From assembly GCA_017608345.1 (NCBI GenBank), contig JAFCGA010000004.1, positions 57-64,056 of the forward strand: a stretch of DNA of 64,000 nt, read 5' to 3'. Shown here in pieces: positions 26,603 to 34,558 of this stretch. Below the pieces are notes generated by a model. It made no database searches and was not told the origin of the DNA. It saw only the letters and a list, made by a program, of their open reading frames with translations. The DNA comes from Candidatus Pacearchaeota archaeon. Its GTDB lineage: Archaea; Nanobdellota; Nanobdellia; UBA10117; JAFCGA01. Position 1 is the first letter of the stretch. Each line of letters opens with the position of its first letter. The translations under genes were made by a program, and so were the position numbers.

Positions 26603-27683
26603 CTTCAAAATAACACCCTACGAAGTAAAGGGAGAAATTGACTATGATAAAGTTGTCTCCAGATTTGGGGCGCAGAAAGTTACCAAGCAGCTCATCAAGA
26701 AAATGAAAGCTCTTCCGATGATCATGCGTAGAGGCTACATCTATGCGCACAGAGATTTTGACAAGATACTAGCCAAGAAGAAATTTGCTATTGTCTCCGG
26801 CCGAGGAGTATCAAACAAGATCCAACTCGGACATTTAACCACCCTTAGATTCGTCAAAGAATTGCAGGATATTTATGGCTGTTATGTATTCATACCTTTC
26901 TCAGATGATGAGAAGTACATGTATAAACGAGACCTCAGCTTCGAGAAATTAAAAGAGTTAACTTATGAGAATATTTTAGATATAATTGCTCTGGGGTTCG
27001 ACCCGAAGAAAACTGACTTTGTAGTAGATACTCAAAATATGAATCAGGAGATATATAATTTAGCAGTTCGCTGCGCAAAACGAATAACTTTCAGTACCGT
27101 TAAGGCGACTTTCGGGTTCACAAATGAAAACAATATTGGCATAACTTTCTACCCAGCTATGCAGGCAGCACATATACTCTACCCGACAGTTAAGAAAGGA
27201 CTTCCGGTGGTTGTTCCAGTAGGAATTGATCAAGATCCGTTCATTAAACTGTCTCGAGATGTTGCTTACAAATTGAAATTAACTAAACCGGGCGGAGTTT
27301 ATTGTACCTACGTTCCGGGACTAAAGGGCGGCGGCAAGATGTCTGCCACTGATCCAGACAGCACGATTTACACAACAGATACGCCTAAAGAAGTTGAGAA
27401 AAAGATCAAAAAGTATGCATTTTCCGGAGGACAACCAACAATTAAAGAGCATAGAGAAAAAGGTGGTAATCCGGATGTGGATGTATCTTATCAATATCTA
27501 ACTTTCTTTATGGAAGATGATAAAAAGCTGAAAAAGATTTATGCTGATTATAAATCTGGCAAGATGTTGACATCTGAGTTAAAACAAATTTGCATTGACA
27601 CAATTAATAGCTTCTTAAAAGAGCACCAGAAGAAGCGAGAAGCTGCAAAAAAGAACATCGAGAAGTTCATGTTGAGAGACTAA
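26595..27683 (+). CDS. trpS: Tryptophanyl-tRNA synthetase (archaeal type)
   Basis: 'SGRGVSNKIQLGH' (HIGH-like), 'PVGIDQDP', 'GKMSAT', 'YAFSGGQPTIKEHREKGGNPDVDV'. Confidence 0.95.
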   Translation: MANFKITPYEVKGEIDYDKVVSRFGAQKVTKQLIKKMKALPMIMRRGYIYAHRDFDKILAKKKFAIVSGRGVSNKIQLGHLTTLRFVKELQDIYGCYVFIPFSDDEKYMYKRDLSFEKLKELTYENILDIIALGFDPKKTDFVVDTQNMNQEIYNLAVRCAKRITFSTVKATFGFTNENNIGITFYPAMQAAHILYPTVKKGLPVVVPVGIDQDPFIKLSRDVAYKLKLTKPGGVYCTYVPGLKGGGKMSATDPDSTIYTTDTPKEVEKKIKKYAFSGGQPTIKEHREKGGNPDVDVSYQYLTFFMEDDKKLKKIYADYKSGKMLTSELKQICIDTINSFLKEHQKKREAAKKNIEKFMLRD

Positions 27684-28012
27684 TCGCAAAGTAATCCTGA
27701 CGTCTTACTGACTGCGATTTTAGTATTTTTTACTTTCTCTTCTAAAGTTTTAAACAACTTAACACTCTGAACGTTTAGTTCTCTTCTCAGTTCACTAACA
27801 CTCGAACCTGTTGGTACGCTGATAGTAAAACTCTCAAACGGAGTCCCCTGCGGAGTTACTTCTATTTGCTCGAAACCGCTCCACCAAGAATAAACTATTT
27901 TCCCAATGCCACTTATTTCTAACGATGCCGTCTGATCAGAATATCCATCTGCGAGCTCAGCACCTTTGTCTCGAAAATATATCCCGATTGGAGTAGCATA
28001 TTTCAATTCCAT
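27680..28012 (-). CDS. Hypothetical protein
   Basis: 110-aa ORF with ATG start and AT-rich upstream region; no recognised motif. Confidence 0.5.
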   Translation of the reverse strand: MELKYATPIGIYFRDKGAELADGYSDQTASLEISGIGKIVYSWWSGFEQIEVTPQGTPFESFTISVPTGSSVSELRRELNVQSVKLFKTLEEKVKNTKIAVSKTSGLLCD

Positions 28013-28143
28013 ACTAAAACAAAGAGGGAACTCTTTAAAAAGTATTATACACGGAAAACTATTTATTCTAGAGAATAGTTACTTAGTTATGGACGGAGGA
28101 GCGAAGCGACGGATGGAGGCTTACGGGGGGTACGGCCCGTAAT

Positions 28144-28446
28144 ATGCTATTCATATTGCTGCTAGTATTTCTAGGAATTCTTTGGTTCCTAGATGAGGTA
28201 CTCACAGCGATTGAAGTCCAGCGGCACGGAATATTGAGTGAGCGGAATCCGGTTGTTCGTAAATTTATTAAGAAAGGCGGACATATATTCTTCTATTTCA
28301 AAGTAATTACTTTCGCTGTATTCTGCGCGATTTCGATATTAGCATATTCAATAAGCCAAGTTGCATTCTACATCTTAGTTACAATTGCAATAATAATTTA
28401 TGGAATAATAGATATACGGAACTTAGATGTTCTGAGAAAAGGCTAG
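28144..28446 (+). CDS. Small membrane protein (DUF5658-like)
   Basis: Three hydrophobic segments and 'LDEVLT...ERNPVVR' motif. Confidence 0.6.
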   Translation: MLFILLLVFLGILWFLDEVLTAIEVQRHGILSERNPVVRKFIKKGGHIFFYFKVITFAVFCAISILAYSISQVAFYILVTIAIIIYGIIDIRNLDVLRKG

Positions 28447-29450
28447 CTAGTAAATGAATCTAAATTCGCTTGCTGTTGCTGCTTATTGCTCTTTCTCAAT
28501 CGATTCAGTGCTAAATTAATGCGCTTTTCTGAGAATTCATGCTTATCACAGAGTATTTTCTTAATCTTATCCTCGTCGAAAGGTTTCCATTTTAGAGAAT
28601 AATTTGTAGTAATTGCGGGTCTTAAGAATAGGTTCATTACGCTCTCCGCTCGAGGAATTTCAGGTGCATATTTATCAAACTTTCCTTCCTGGACAATTTT
28701 CAAAGCAGTCTTAGGCCCAACTCCCTTAACTCCTGCGTTGAAATCAGTTCCGATTAGTATCGCAACTTTAACGAGTCCGCCAAGATCTATCTTAAGATAA
28801 TTAAGCGTATCTGCCAAGCTAACTATCTCTGGCTTAACTTCTACATATTTTCTTGCTCCAGGTACTTTTTTCTTCTCTGAAATTGTGAGATTCCGAACCA
28901 AGTAAGGTGTTCCAAACAAAAGCGAGTCATAATCCTGAGAAGCAACTGCAAAAACCTGCCCTTTGATTGCCATATATGAAGCCTGAGCCTCACCATCTCC
29001 CATAGCTTGTACGGTTGGAAGTCCCATCGCCGCGATCAATTGCTTAGATTCCTTAACCATCTCTGGCGTTAATCTCGAAGTTTGCTGAGCATATTTTCTA
29101 GCTTCCTCTATTTTTCCTGCTTTTTTTGCTATCAAGTACTTTTTTCTAGCTGCTTCCTTGATTAATCTTCTTTGTTGCTGCGTCTCTGCTTTTAGTGCTG
29201 GTGCCTCGCCATCAAATACAAAGCAAGGCTTAATACCGCCTTCTAAGAGCTTAGCAGTTCTACTGAATAATCCAATAAGATGAGAAGTGACGTTTCCCTT
29301 AGAATCCATTAGCGACGTGCCATCTCTTTGTCTTATTGCTGCTAAAAATTGATAGAGTATATTGTAGGTGTCGATTGCTAATTTCTTGTTAGCTAGCTCG
29401 CTGATAGAAATTGGCTGCTTTTGGACTAAGTCTCTGAGATTTACACCCAT
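28443..29450 (-). CDS. fen: Flap endonuclease 1
   Basis: 'MGVNLRDLV', 'LYQFLAAIRQRDG', 'FVFDGEAP', 'GEAQA', 'SQDYDSLLFG', 'GTDFNAGVKGVGPK', C-terminal PIP box QANLDSF. Confidence 0.97.
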   Translation of the reverse strand: MGVNLRDLVQKQPISISELANKKLAIDTYNILYQFLAAIRQRDGTSLMDSKGNVTSHLIGLFSRTAKLLEGGIKPCFVFDGEAPALKAETQQQRRLIKEAARKKYLIAKKAGKIEEARKYAQQTSRLTPEMVKESKQLIAAMGLPTVQAMGDGEAQASYMAIKGQVFAVASQDYDSLLFGTPYLVRNLTISEKKKVPGARKYVEVKPEIVSLADTLNYLKIDLGGLVKVAILIGTDFNAGVKGVGPKTALKIVQEGKFDKYAPEIPRAESVMNLFLRPAITTNYSLKWKPFDEDKIKKILCDKHEFSEKRINLALNRLRKSNKQQQQANLDSFTS

Positions 29451-29499
29451 GAATTAGATAGAGATTCTAGAGATAAAAAAGATTGTTATTCTCCAAAGA

Positions 29500-29592
29500 T
29501 TAGAATTTAGACTTCTTTTTACGCTTGTTCTTCAATAGTCTGTACTTGGTATGCTGCCCACCGCGAGCAGTCTTTCTTCTTGACTTCGCCAC
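29500..29592 (-). CDS. 30-aa highly basic peptide MAKSRRKTARGGQHTKYRLLKNKRKKKSKF (below the ORF-track cutoff)
   Basis: GTG start preceded by SD-like GAGGT; clean TAA; fills the fen-PHP intergenic space. Confidence 0.55.
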   Translation of the reverse strand: MAKSRRKTARGGQHTKYRLLKNKRKKKSKF

Positions 29593-29663
29593 TATAAATA
29601 CCTCAATTAAGGTGTTAATGCATAATAGCAGTGCTTTTTAAATCTAACTATCTTACTATAAAC

Positions 29664-30347
29664 ATGGTACTCAAGCTAGATTTACACGTACATTCAATTC
29701 ATTCTCCTAAAGATGGCTTCGTCCCAGTAGAAGAGCTAGCTAAGCGAGCTAAGGAGCTAGGATTAGATGGATTCGCGCTAACTGACCATGACACAATAGC
29801 AGGGCACGAGGAAGCTAAAAAGCTAGCTGAAAAATATGATTTAATAATAATTCCGGGAGTAGAAATAAAAACGAACGCGGGAGACTTAGTCGGACTAGGA
29901 ATAAATAAACCAATAAAATCGCGAATTTCTCCTGAAGAAGCAATCGAAGAAGTGCATAAGCAGGGAGGGATTGCTATCGCACCTCATCCGTTTGGAATGC
30001 TGGCTCACCCTTGCGCACTACGAAAACGCATCTTTAACTTAAAATTAGACGCAATAGAAGTAATAAATGGGAGAAACAGCTATCAAGGGAACCGAAGGGC
30101 AGAGCGGGCTGCAAGAAAATTAGAGCTTTCTAGAACCGCTAGCAGTGACGCTCATTTACTAGAAGAACTTGGTCGCTGTTATACAGAAGTAGATGCTGAG
30201 CCGAACGTAGACTCAATTTTAAAAGCTATTAAAGCAGGAAAAACAAGGGTTCATGGAAAATCAGCTAATTTTAGAATATTAGCTAAACATGCGCGATTAA
30301 TACTAAAAAGACGGATTAAAAAGCGGAAGGATAATCATAAACGATAA
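29664..30347 (+). CDS. PHP-domain metal-dependent phosphoesterase
   Basis: 'LDLHVHS', 'ALTDHD', 'IPGVEI', 'IAPHPF', 'SSDAH'. ATG 29664 preferred to GTG 29631. Confidence 0.9.
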   Translation: MVLKLDLHVHSIHSPKDGFVPVEELAKRAKELGLDGFALTDHDTIAGHEEAKKLAEKYDLIIIPGVEIKTNAGDLVGLGINKPIKSRISPEEAIEEVHKQGGIAIAPHPFGMLAHPCALRKRIFNLKLDAIEVINGRNSYQGNRRAERAARKLELSRTASSDAHLLEELGRCYTEVDAEPNVDSILKAIKAGKTRVHGKSANFRILAKHARLILKRRIKKRKDNHKR

Positions 30348-30865
30348 TGTTTCTTGATTTTCTTAGCAACTTCTTTTGCAGATAATTTTGTATTATCTAT
30401 TTCTAGGCTTTTTACAAAGAGAATCGGCTCCATCAGGTTCTTCTCCTTAAGTACCTCCTCTAATCGTCTAGAAGAAGTAATTTTCTTGTGCTTCTTACGA
30501 GAGCTAAGACATACTCTCAGTATAAGAGTTTCTTTCGAACAAACTAATCGAACAAAGTGAACCGTTCCCCCATGCTTTTCTACCTTACGAATTATCATTT
30601 TTAGTGCCTTATCTCCTTTCTTAAAATGATAGCAACAAGTAAAAATCAAGCCCGGAAGGTTCTGCTTTGCAGCTAACTCAATGATCGATGCACGAATATT
30701 CGCCATAACCTCCCGAAACCCTTTTGATCCAAATTCAAAGAACTCCAACATTAGATCGATAATCATTTGACCATGAAATACTTTTAGTGGAGTTATCTTA
30801 GCTAGTTCATTCGCCACAGTTAACTTTCCGATTGCAGGAGGACCATAGATAAAAATTAGTTTCAT
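30335..30865 (-). CDS. P-loop kinase (AAA_33 / nucleoside-monophosphate-kinase-like)
   Basis: N-terminal Walker A 'IYGPPAIGKLT'; C-terminal 'IDNTKLSAKEVA'. Confidence 0.8.
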   Translation of the reverse strand: MKLIFIYGPPAIGKLTVANELAKITPLKVFHGQMIIDLMLEFFEFGSKGFREVMANIRASIIELAAKQNLPGLIFTCCYHFKKGDKALKMIIRKVEKHGGTVHFVRLVCSKETLILRVCLSSRKKHKKITSSRRLEEVLKEKNLMEPILFVKSLEIDNTKLSAKEVAKKIKKHYRL

Positions 30866-30896
30866 ATTTGTGAACTGTAGAAGAACTATAAAACAA

Positions 30897-32054
30897 TTAT
30901 GGCCTGCCAGCGCGGCCAGTCATTTGATGATACTCTAAAACCGGTATCCAATCCGAGCCCCAGCGGCCAGAATATCGTTTCAGAGAGCTCATTATTGCTC
31001 TAAAAGCAGGCAAATTAACACCCATAGCCAAAGTAGGAGTGCAGCAAATTATCCTTATGTCCTCCCTTCTAAAAGCATCTTCGATCAGCTCTTTTTGTTT
31101 AGCAACTAATCCAGCATGATGAAAAGCTACTCCCTTTTCCAAGCAGCCAGCTAATCGATTGCATTGCTTAGTTGGTCTGGATAACGCCTTCAGGGCTTTC
31201 TCGGAGAGTTTCTCTAATCGAGGCGCCCCCACCTTGATTAGTCTACTCAATTTATCTGCGGTATTTTCAGCTGTTCTCTTAGTTGAGCAAAATATTAGCG
31301 CTTGCCTACCGAGTTTAATTGTATCTAGCGCTAGCCGGAGTGTCGGATCAGAAATAGCTCTATTTATTGCTAGATTCTCTTTTGTTTCGAAAAAATCAAT
31401 TTCTTCATCAGAAAAAATACCCTGAAATAACTGCACCGGACGCCACGTATCAGTTACTAATTCCGCACCGAGCCAATCACTTAATTCTTCTGGGTTACCA
31501 ACTGTCGCGGAGAGCGCGACGATTTGCAGCTTTTTAATTAGCTTCCGCAATAGCGTAATTACTATCTCTAGCGTCGGTCCGCGTCGGGGATCGTTCAACA
31601 AATGAATCTCATCAACAATCAGAAGACCAACTTTAGATATCCAAGACGCGCCGTGGCGAATCAAGCTATCTAGCTTCTCATTTGAGCAAATAATTACATC
31701 ATACTTTTCTAGCCAAGGATCTGCGCTGTCTAGATCACCAATACTTAATGCGACCCTCACGCCATGTTTCTCGTACTTTTTCTTAAAGTCCTTAAACTTT
31801 TCAGACGCTAGCGATTTCAGGGGAGCAGCATAAATTACTTTAGCTTTCCGAGTGAAAATCATATTAAGCAGAGCTAGCTCAGCCACCAAAGTCTTTCCCG
31901 AAGCAGTAGGAGTACAAATCAGCATACTCTTAAGCTCTAGCAAGCCAGCGTCAATTGCTTTAGATTGACAGGGGCGGAATTCCTTAATTTTCTGCTCAGA
32001 AAGAATACTCCCTAGCTTCCCAGATAATAGCATACTTCTTTCTAAGCAAGTCAA
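30897..32054 (-). CDS. hel308: Hel308/Ski2-like DEAD/DEAH helicase, N-terminal half (RecA1 and most of RecA2)
   Basis: 'PTASGKT', 'VDEIH', 'LSATVGN', 'AFHHAGL', 'TPTLAMGVNLPA'. Stops immediately after motif VI 'QMTGRAGRP'. Probable ATG start at 32033. Confidence 0.9.
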   Translation of the reverse strand: MTCLERSMLLSGKLGSILSEQKIKEFRPCQSKAIDAGLLELKSMLICTPTASGKTLVAELALLNMIFTRKAKVIYAAPLKSLASEKFKDFKKKYEKHGVRVALSIGDLDSADPWLEKYDVIICSNEKLDSLIRHGASWISKVGLLIVDEIHLLNDPRRGPTLEIVITLLRKLIKKLQIVALSATVGNPEELSDWLGAELVTDTWRPVQLFQGIFSDEEIDFFETKENLAINRAISDPTLRLALDTIKLGRQALIFCSTKRTAENTADKLSRLIKVGAPRLEKLSEKALKALSRPTKQCNRLAGCLEKGVAFHHAGLVAKQKELIEDAFRREDIRIICCTPTLAMGVNLPAFRAIMSSLKRYSGRWGSDWIPVLEYHQMTGRAGRP

Positions 32055-32065
32055 TTTAAAATAAT

Positions 32066-32422
32066 TTAGTAGATATAGCCCTCAAATTCCAAGTCATTCG
32101 AAGTAAAATTAATAGAATAATTTCCTCTAAAGCCATTATAATTAACAATAGCGCATGCTAGTCCGATTCCTTGCTGAGAATACACGCTCTTAAGATGCGG
32201 GCACAAATCTGATTGCTGTGCATTAGCAACCGACCAAGTATTACGGTCTTGAATTGAGTTTTGAATATTTTTAAAATCCAAGTAGCTCGATTTTGTGAAT
32301 AACGTAACTGCAGCAGTATCAGTTGTCCTAAAAAAGCTAAACAGGACAAACATCGATAACGCTAGAAGCATTATCGCAACCATAAAAAACTGTGATTTTT
32401 TAGACTTCATAATTTCTCCCAT
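32066..32422 (-). CDS. Pilin-like protein with class III signal peptide
   Basis: 'KSKKS/QFFMVAIMLLAL'; last gene of the pilus-like cluster. Confidence 0.6.
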   Translation of the reverse strand: MGEIMKSKKSQFFMVAIMLLALSMFVLFSFFRTTDTAAVTLFTKSSYLDFKNIQNSIQDRNTWSVANAQQSDLCPHLKSVYSQQGIGLACAIVNYNGFRGNYSINFTSNDLEFEGYIY

Positions 32423-32527
32423 AAATATAATTTATATGATTCGTCCCAATCAGCCCTTTTATTTTTGCGAGTCTGTAACATAACTAATCCGTCCAAAAGC
32501 GTTGGCGGAAAATTTATAACTTCCATT

Positions 32528-33658
32528 TTAGAGCTTCTCCCATAAATATAATTTATATGATTCGTTCCATTGGCTGTTTCCGCGAGTGTAAGTAGTACTG
32601 ATAATATCATTATTAGTCGTTGCAGTAATAGCGGGACAATTAATACCTTGATTAACTAATCCGCTGTAATCTCGCCAAATCTCATCTGCAGTCAGAGCGC
32701 GATCAAATACCCAGAGCTCATCAAGAGTGCCATTTAGTGTAATCAACGACGCGTTATTATATCTGCCAATCATAAACGGCGCTGTATTCGTCAGACGTGG
32801 CCCGACAAAGGTATCATTTTCTCGCTCAATCCCATTAACATATATTCTAATATCTGTCCCAGATACAGTTCCCGCAACATGGCGCCATTCATTATATGGA
32901 AAATCAATTGAGCTCTGCGCAAAGTTACTCCCGCTCGCTGTCCCATTTCCTAAAAATAGCAGCGGCTTTTGAGGATCAGCCCATGAGCCTTGCGCAAAAT
33001 AATAAGGAGTTTGAGGAAATACTCCTGTGCCTTTAGAAATAATTGACGGTGAATACACCGCGCCCTTTCCTTTATCTCTTATCCATGCTACAAAACTAAG
33101 ATCTCCGACAAAATCAAAATCAGGATCATTAGTGCAATTAATCCAATCATCTACGCCATCAAAGTCTGCTCCGGAGTTAAATTTCCCCGAGCTTGTAAAC
33201 GAAGCACCATTAACAAAAGTACAATTATGTCCATTCCCAGAGGAATCACAGATATCTTTTCCATCCGCACAAGAATTGTCTGCTCCTTCATCCATATTCC
33301 ACATAGCCACAGTATTTGCATCCATCACTAACCCTGCGGAGGAATTTATAATATAGCAATCAGAATCACGATAGTATTGTACTTCGAAGCCAACTGTGTT
33401 TGGTAAGCTAGCTTTAAGATGCTCGTCTAGCTCTTCGAATGCCCTTCCGTCAGTCATTATCCTATCGAGAGCTCCACTCGCATCGAGATTGTTGAGTATA
33501 TTCCACGCTTCGTCACGTAGCGTAGTTAATTCGCTCTTTGTGTCTGTGGCTTGATCAGAATACAAGAACCCAACAACAAACACCAATACAATTATCGCAG
33601 TAATAATTATCTCGATGAAATACACGAACCCGGTCTTATCTTCAAACATCCTTACCAT
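32528..33658 (-). CDS. Pilin-like protein with an inserted LamG domain
   Basis: 'KTG/FVYFIEIIITAII' N-terminus; LamG motifs 'GADFDGVDDWI', 'WRHVAGT', 'NGTLDELWVFDRAL'. Confidence 0.75.
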   Translation of the reverse strand: MVRMFEDKTGFVYFIEIIITAIIVLVFVVGFLYSDQATDTKSELTTLRDEAWNILNNLDASGALDRIMTDGRAFEELDEHLKASLPNTVGFEVQYYRDSDCYIINSSAGLVMDANTVAMWNMDEGADNSCADGKDICDSSGNGHNCTFVNGASFTSSGKFNSGADFDGVDDWINCTNDPDFDFVGDLSFVAWIRDKGKGAVYSPSIISKGTGVFPQTPYYFAQGSWADPQKPLLFLGNGTASGSNFAQSSIDFPYNEWRHVAGTVSGTDIRIYVNGIERENDTFVGPRLTNTAPFMIGRYNNASLITLNGTLDELWVFDRALTADEIWRDYSGLVNQGINCPAITATTNNDIISTTYTRGNSQWNESYKLYLWEKL

Positions 33659-34524
33659 ACTTTAAGATTAATTTCCGCGGGGAAAGCCTCCGAATTGCTA
33701 TAAATAATTCTTCTCCGAGATACTCCGCAAAGCGGCTTGCTCAACAAATGCTCTGTCGATCCAAATGTGGAATATACATCAGTATGATTTCCAAAATATA
33801 AAGGATAAGTTTTACCAGTGTCTAATCCGATTTGATTAACTGCAAGTATATAGATTAATGAGGAAGCATTAATCGATGAAATGGACGCGCAATCATGGTC
33901 TCCGCTGCTAAAAGTCCAATTAAGAGAAACTTCTGCACCTCCGCTTGTGTTTTTTATTCCAAGTGCTTCTCCAGCTTCAAGAGCGCCTGCCGGACAGTTA
34001 GAAATCACTGGATTCGCGTATGGAAAAAACAAAGTCAGCTTAAGTTTAGATAAAGTATCTGCACTTCCAGCAGAAATATTAATCGCGTCTGAGGATCGAA
34101 CAATAAAAACTTTTGGAGAGCTGTCATTTGGATATTGCGGAACAGGATCAGTAGTTAAATTAAAAGCGTAAATATTATACGCTAAATTAAATGATCGATT
34201 AAGCGCGATTGCGGTGGAAATATTATAATAACCTCTCGTAGTCATTGCTTGCCACTTTGAATAATTTACACCTGCGCTTGAAGAGTCAGAGCTAGCCAGC
34301 CCCAATCGCCTTAGCGATCCCGCAGATTCCCACGTGCTAGGATCTCCGGGAAAATCTAAAAAGGCAAGAGCTGCGCTTTCAGCTTCAGAACATAATTCCA
34401 ATTCTCTAGTGCTAGAAATCTCCTCAGGAAGCCTATCGAAATAAGCGAACAAAAGATACATTACGATTATCACAAATAGAAGTATAGCAATTATATATTC
34501 AACTAAGGATTGTGCACGCTTCAT
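33652..34524 (-). CDS. Pilin-like protein with class III signal peptide
   Basis: 'MKRA/QSLVEYIIAILLF'. Confidence 0.7.
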   Translation of the reverse strand: MKRAQSLVEYIIAILLFVIIVMYLLFAYFDRLPEEISSTRELELCSEAESAALAFLDFPGDPSTWESAGSLRRLGLASSDSSSAGVNYSKWQAMTTRGYYNISTAIALNRSFNLAYNIYAFNLTTDPVPQYPNDSSPKVFIVRSSDAINISAGSADTLSKLKLTLFFPYANPVISNCPAGALEAGEALGIKNTSGGAEVSLNWTFSSGDHDCASISSINASSLIYILAVNQIGLDTGKTYPLYFGNHTDVYSTFGSTEHLLSKPLCGVSRRRIIYSNSEAFPAEINLKVW

Positions 34525-34558
34525 AGATTAATAATAGCCTCAGAGATAAAAAAGATTA

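Noticed and set aside
32407-32570. Possible DGR template/variable repeat pair
   Set aside because: Too short, differences are not adenine-specific, and no reverse transcriptase is in the window.
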